Of a stretch of 64,000 nucleotides of DNA, positions 62,189 to 64,000 are shown one piece after another (position 1 is the first letter of the stretch; each line of letters starts with the position of its first letter). Location of the stretch: positions 14,976,001-15,040,000 of the forward strand of contig CP068257.2 in the NCBI GenBank assembly GCA_009914755.4, read 5' to 3'. The notes below the pieces were generated by a model. The model worked only from the letters and a program-made list of their open reading frames with translations. It did not search any database and was not told the origin of the DNA. Origin of the DNA: the human T2T-CHM13v2.0 reference genome, Homo sapiens. The position numbers were made by a program, and so were the translations under genes.

Positions 62189-62720
62189 TTCTTTTCAGTT
62201 AGTATAACAGAAAATGCTGGAGCATGGATCAAAAGGCAGAGCAACCATAAGGACCCCGTAATGGGACATAATTAATGAGGCAAAAGTATAAACTTCTAAT
62301 AAAATTACAAACTCAAATAGATTGGCATTGTTTTTGCATTAAAGTATTATACTTATCTTGGCTGTGCTTTATATCCTAATTTGTAGTTTTCTATTTTATT
62401 TAATTCATTATTTTAAAAAAGTTTCCAATGTTAGAAAATTTCTGTAGGAAACTTTAAGTCTGCCGGCCACGCAAAAACATTTTTATAGTTTCTTTCATCA
62501 ACATTAATTAAATGGCTACAGATGCCCTGTTAATTTTCTTATGAATTGCACACTTATTATACCATTTTATAGGCATCTTATCAGTCATGAGTACACATTG
62601 AAAGGTTTGCATTAGTTTTGCTAACAAAGTATTTATCCTAAAATGCAGATGGTAGAATTATAGATATGATTCTTAAGGAAAATACCGTGCTTGAAAAATG
62701 AAGTATCAAATACAACACAC

Positions 62721-62752
62721 TCTCTCTCTCCCTCTGTCTCTCTCTCTCTCTC
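62721..62752. repeat. (CT)n-rich pyrimidine microsatellite, imperfect
   Basis: ctctctctctccctctgtctctctctctctctcc read directly. Confidence 0.9.
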
Positions 62753-63654
62753 CACCCACATTTAAAAAACATATACATTAGGGAAAAAATTCCTGTTGAT
62801 ACTGGAGAATGAGAACATATCCCTTTATACTGAATCATTTTGAATGTAGAAAATAGGATATGTTTCTGAACAGAAAAAATACTTTAAGCATTAATTAGCA
62901 TGTATAAATTAATTTATAAGAAAAAACTCATCCAGTGTTTACACAACACTTCAATAAGCTGCACTAACGGAACCATACAAACCCTTTGCACAAGTGTAGA
63001 AAAATACTTAATGGTTTTCATTTGACTTCTCTCTGAATATATTATCAAGTCTTAAAAATAACACGGTACCTTTTGGTGAGAAACATACAATAGTCCTGAA
63101 ATAGACATTCATTTTCTACATTTCACTTTTAAGCAATTAACAGTTTATATTAGTTGTCAAGAGTTTGTGTTTTAAAAAAAATTCTAAGTAGAATAAACAT
63201 TTATAGGTGACTTTTAAACACTGGAAAACATTTATTTGAGAATCGATCATGTTTTTTAAAAGTGCTGTATCTGACAAAAAAAAGTGTCTTTTTCCTTTTC
63301 TATCTCATTTTTATATAAGAGAAATATAGTTGTTCCAAGGATCATCTTAATTGTCATACCTGCATTAAAAATAACTTTATTTGGATTACAGTTTTTATCA
63401 TCTGCTTTTTTAAAACGGAATAACATTGACCTTGAAACTTTCACTTTTACAATGAGAATGACAGTTTTCTTCTGGGAGATATTCACATGTAATTATTAGT
63501 TGTTCTTTGCTTTGAATTTATTAAAGTACATTCAAGGAAGTCTATTTCAAGACTCAATTTTTTATATTACATTTTTAAAATTCAATGTAGAAAACATCAA
63601 AAATGTGAAAATTATACTGATGTCTTTCTGACCCAACAAAACACAAAATGCTAT

Positions 63655-63990
63655 TCAGTACTTCTCAGCCTTGGCTATTTACTGGAAGCACCTGGGGACG
63701 GAGGTGAAGCTCACGAAGGTCCTGATGCCCTGGCTGCCCCTTGGATCATTTATATCAAATTGAAGTGTGGGAACTGGCAGCGATATTTTTAAGAATTACC
63801 TGAAGTTTCCAATGTGCAGACAAACTTGAGAAATACTACTCAACTAGTGGCTCTGAATTTGTTTTACATTCTAATTACCTGTGGAGGTTTTTAAACTTTG
63901 TTTAAAAGTCAAAACCACACTCCATACCAATTAAATCAGGTAGAGTGAGACACAAGGAACAGCGTTTAAAAATGTTTCAGCTGATTACAG
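63655..63990. mobile_element. Probable hAT-type (MER5/Charlie-like) non-autonomous DNA transposon remnant
   Basis: Motifs shared with MER5-type elements: '..agcacctggggac..', 'cataccaattaaatcaggtag', 'ttttaagaattacctgaagtttccaatgtgcagacaaacttgagaaatac'. Compare 'ccagaccaattaaatcagaatctctggg' and 'ccaggtgattctaatgtgcagccaaggttgagaaccac'. The order of the segments is rearranged and orientation is uncertain. Confidence 0.35.
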
Positions 63991-64000
63991 TGTTCAGCTA

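Overview
This window reads as primate, most likely human or great-ape, nuclear DNA rather than prokaryotic or viral sequence. It is AT-rich (roughly 35-40% GC by eye), with no CpG-island-like stretch and no ORF longer than 129 codons. Most ORFs in the supplied track lie inside Alu or L1 copies. A large share of the window is recognisable interspersed repeat. I count nine full-length Alu SINEs, several close to the AluY consensus, plus one free Alu monomer. There are at least seven L1 LINE fragments of different ages: five independent 3' ends, a ~3.8 kb antisense L1M, and a young L1 3' end nested inside an old L1. There are three THE1-type and two or three MLT1/MST-type MaLR LTRs. There is one complete ~390 bp solo LTR of the HERV-H/HERV9 class and one further LTR-like element. 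There are several MIR SINEs and hAT-type non-autonomous DNA transposons resembling MER1, MER5 and MER20, plus dinucleotide microsatellites. I cannot support any protein-coding exon, RNA gene, CRISPR array or operon-like system from the sequence alone. The window is most consistent with a gene-poor intergenic or deep-intronic region. The suggestion that it hides a novel biological system is not supported by what I can see. The items worth a second look are regulatory or structural. They are a compound palindrome carrying clustered AGAACA/TGTTCT half-sites, closely spaced inverted Alu pairs, a solo LTR7/LTR12-like LTR with promoter potential, a nested L1-in-L1 insertion, a MER20-like element, and an inverted pair of THE1-family LTRs 1.2 kb apart. 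All family assignments are from memory of consensus sequences, not from a database search, and should be confirmed with RepeatMasker/Dfam.
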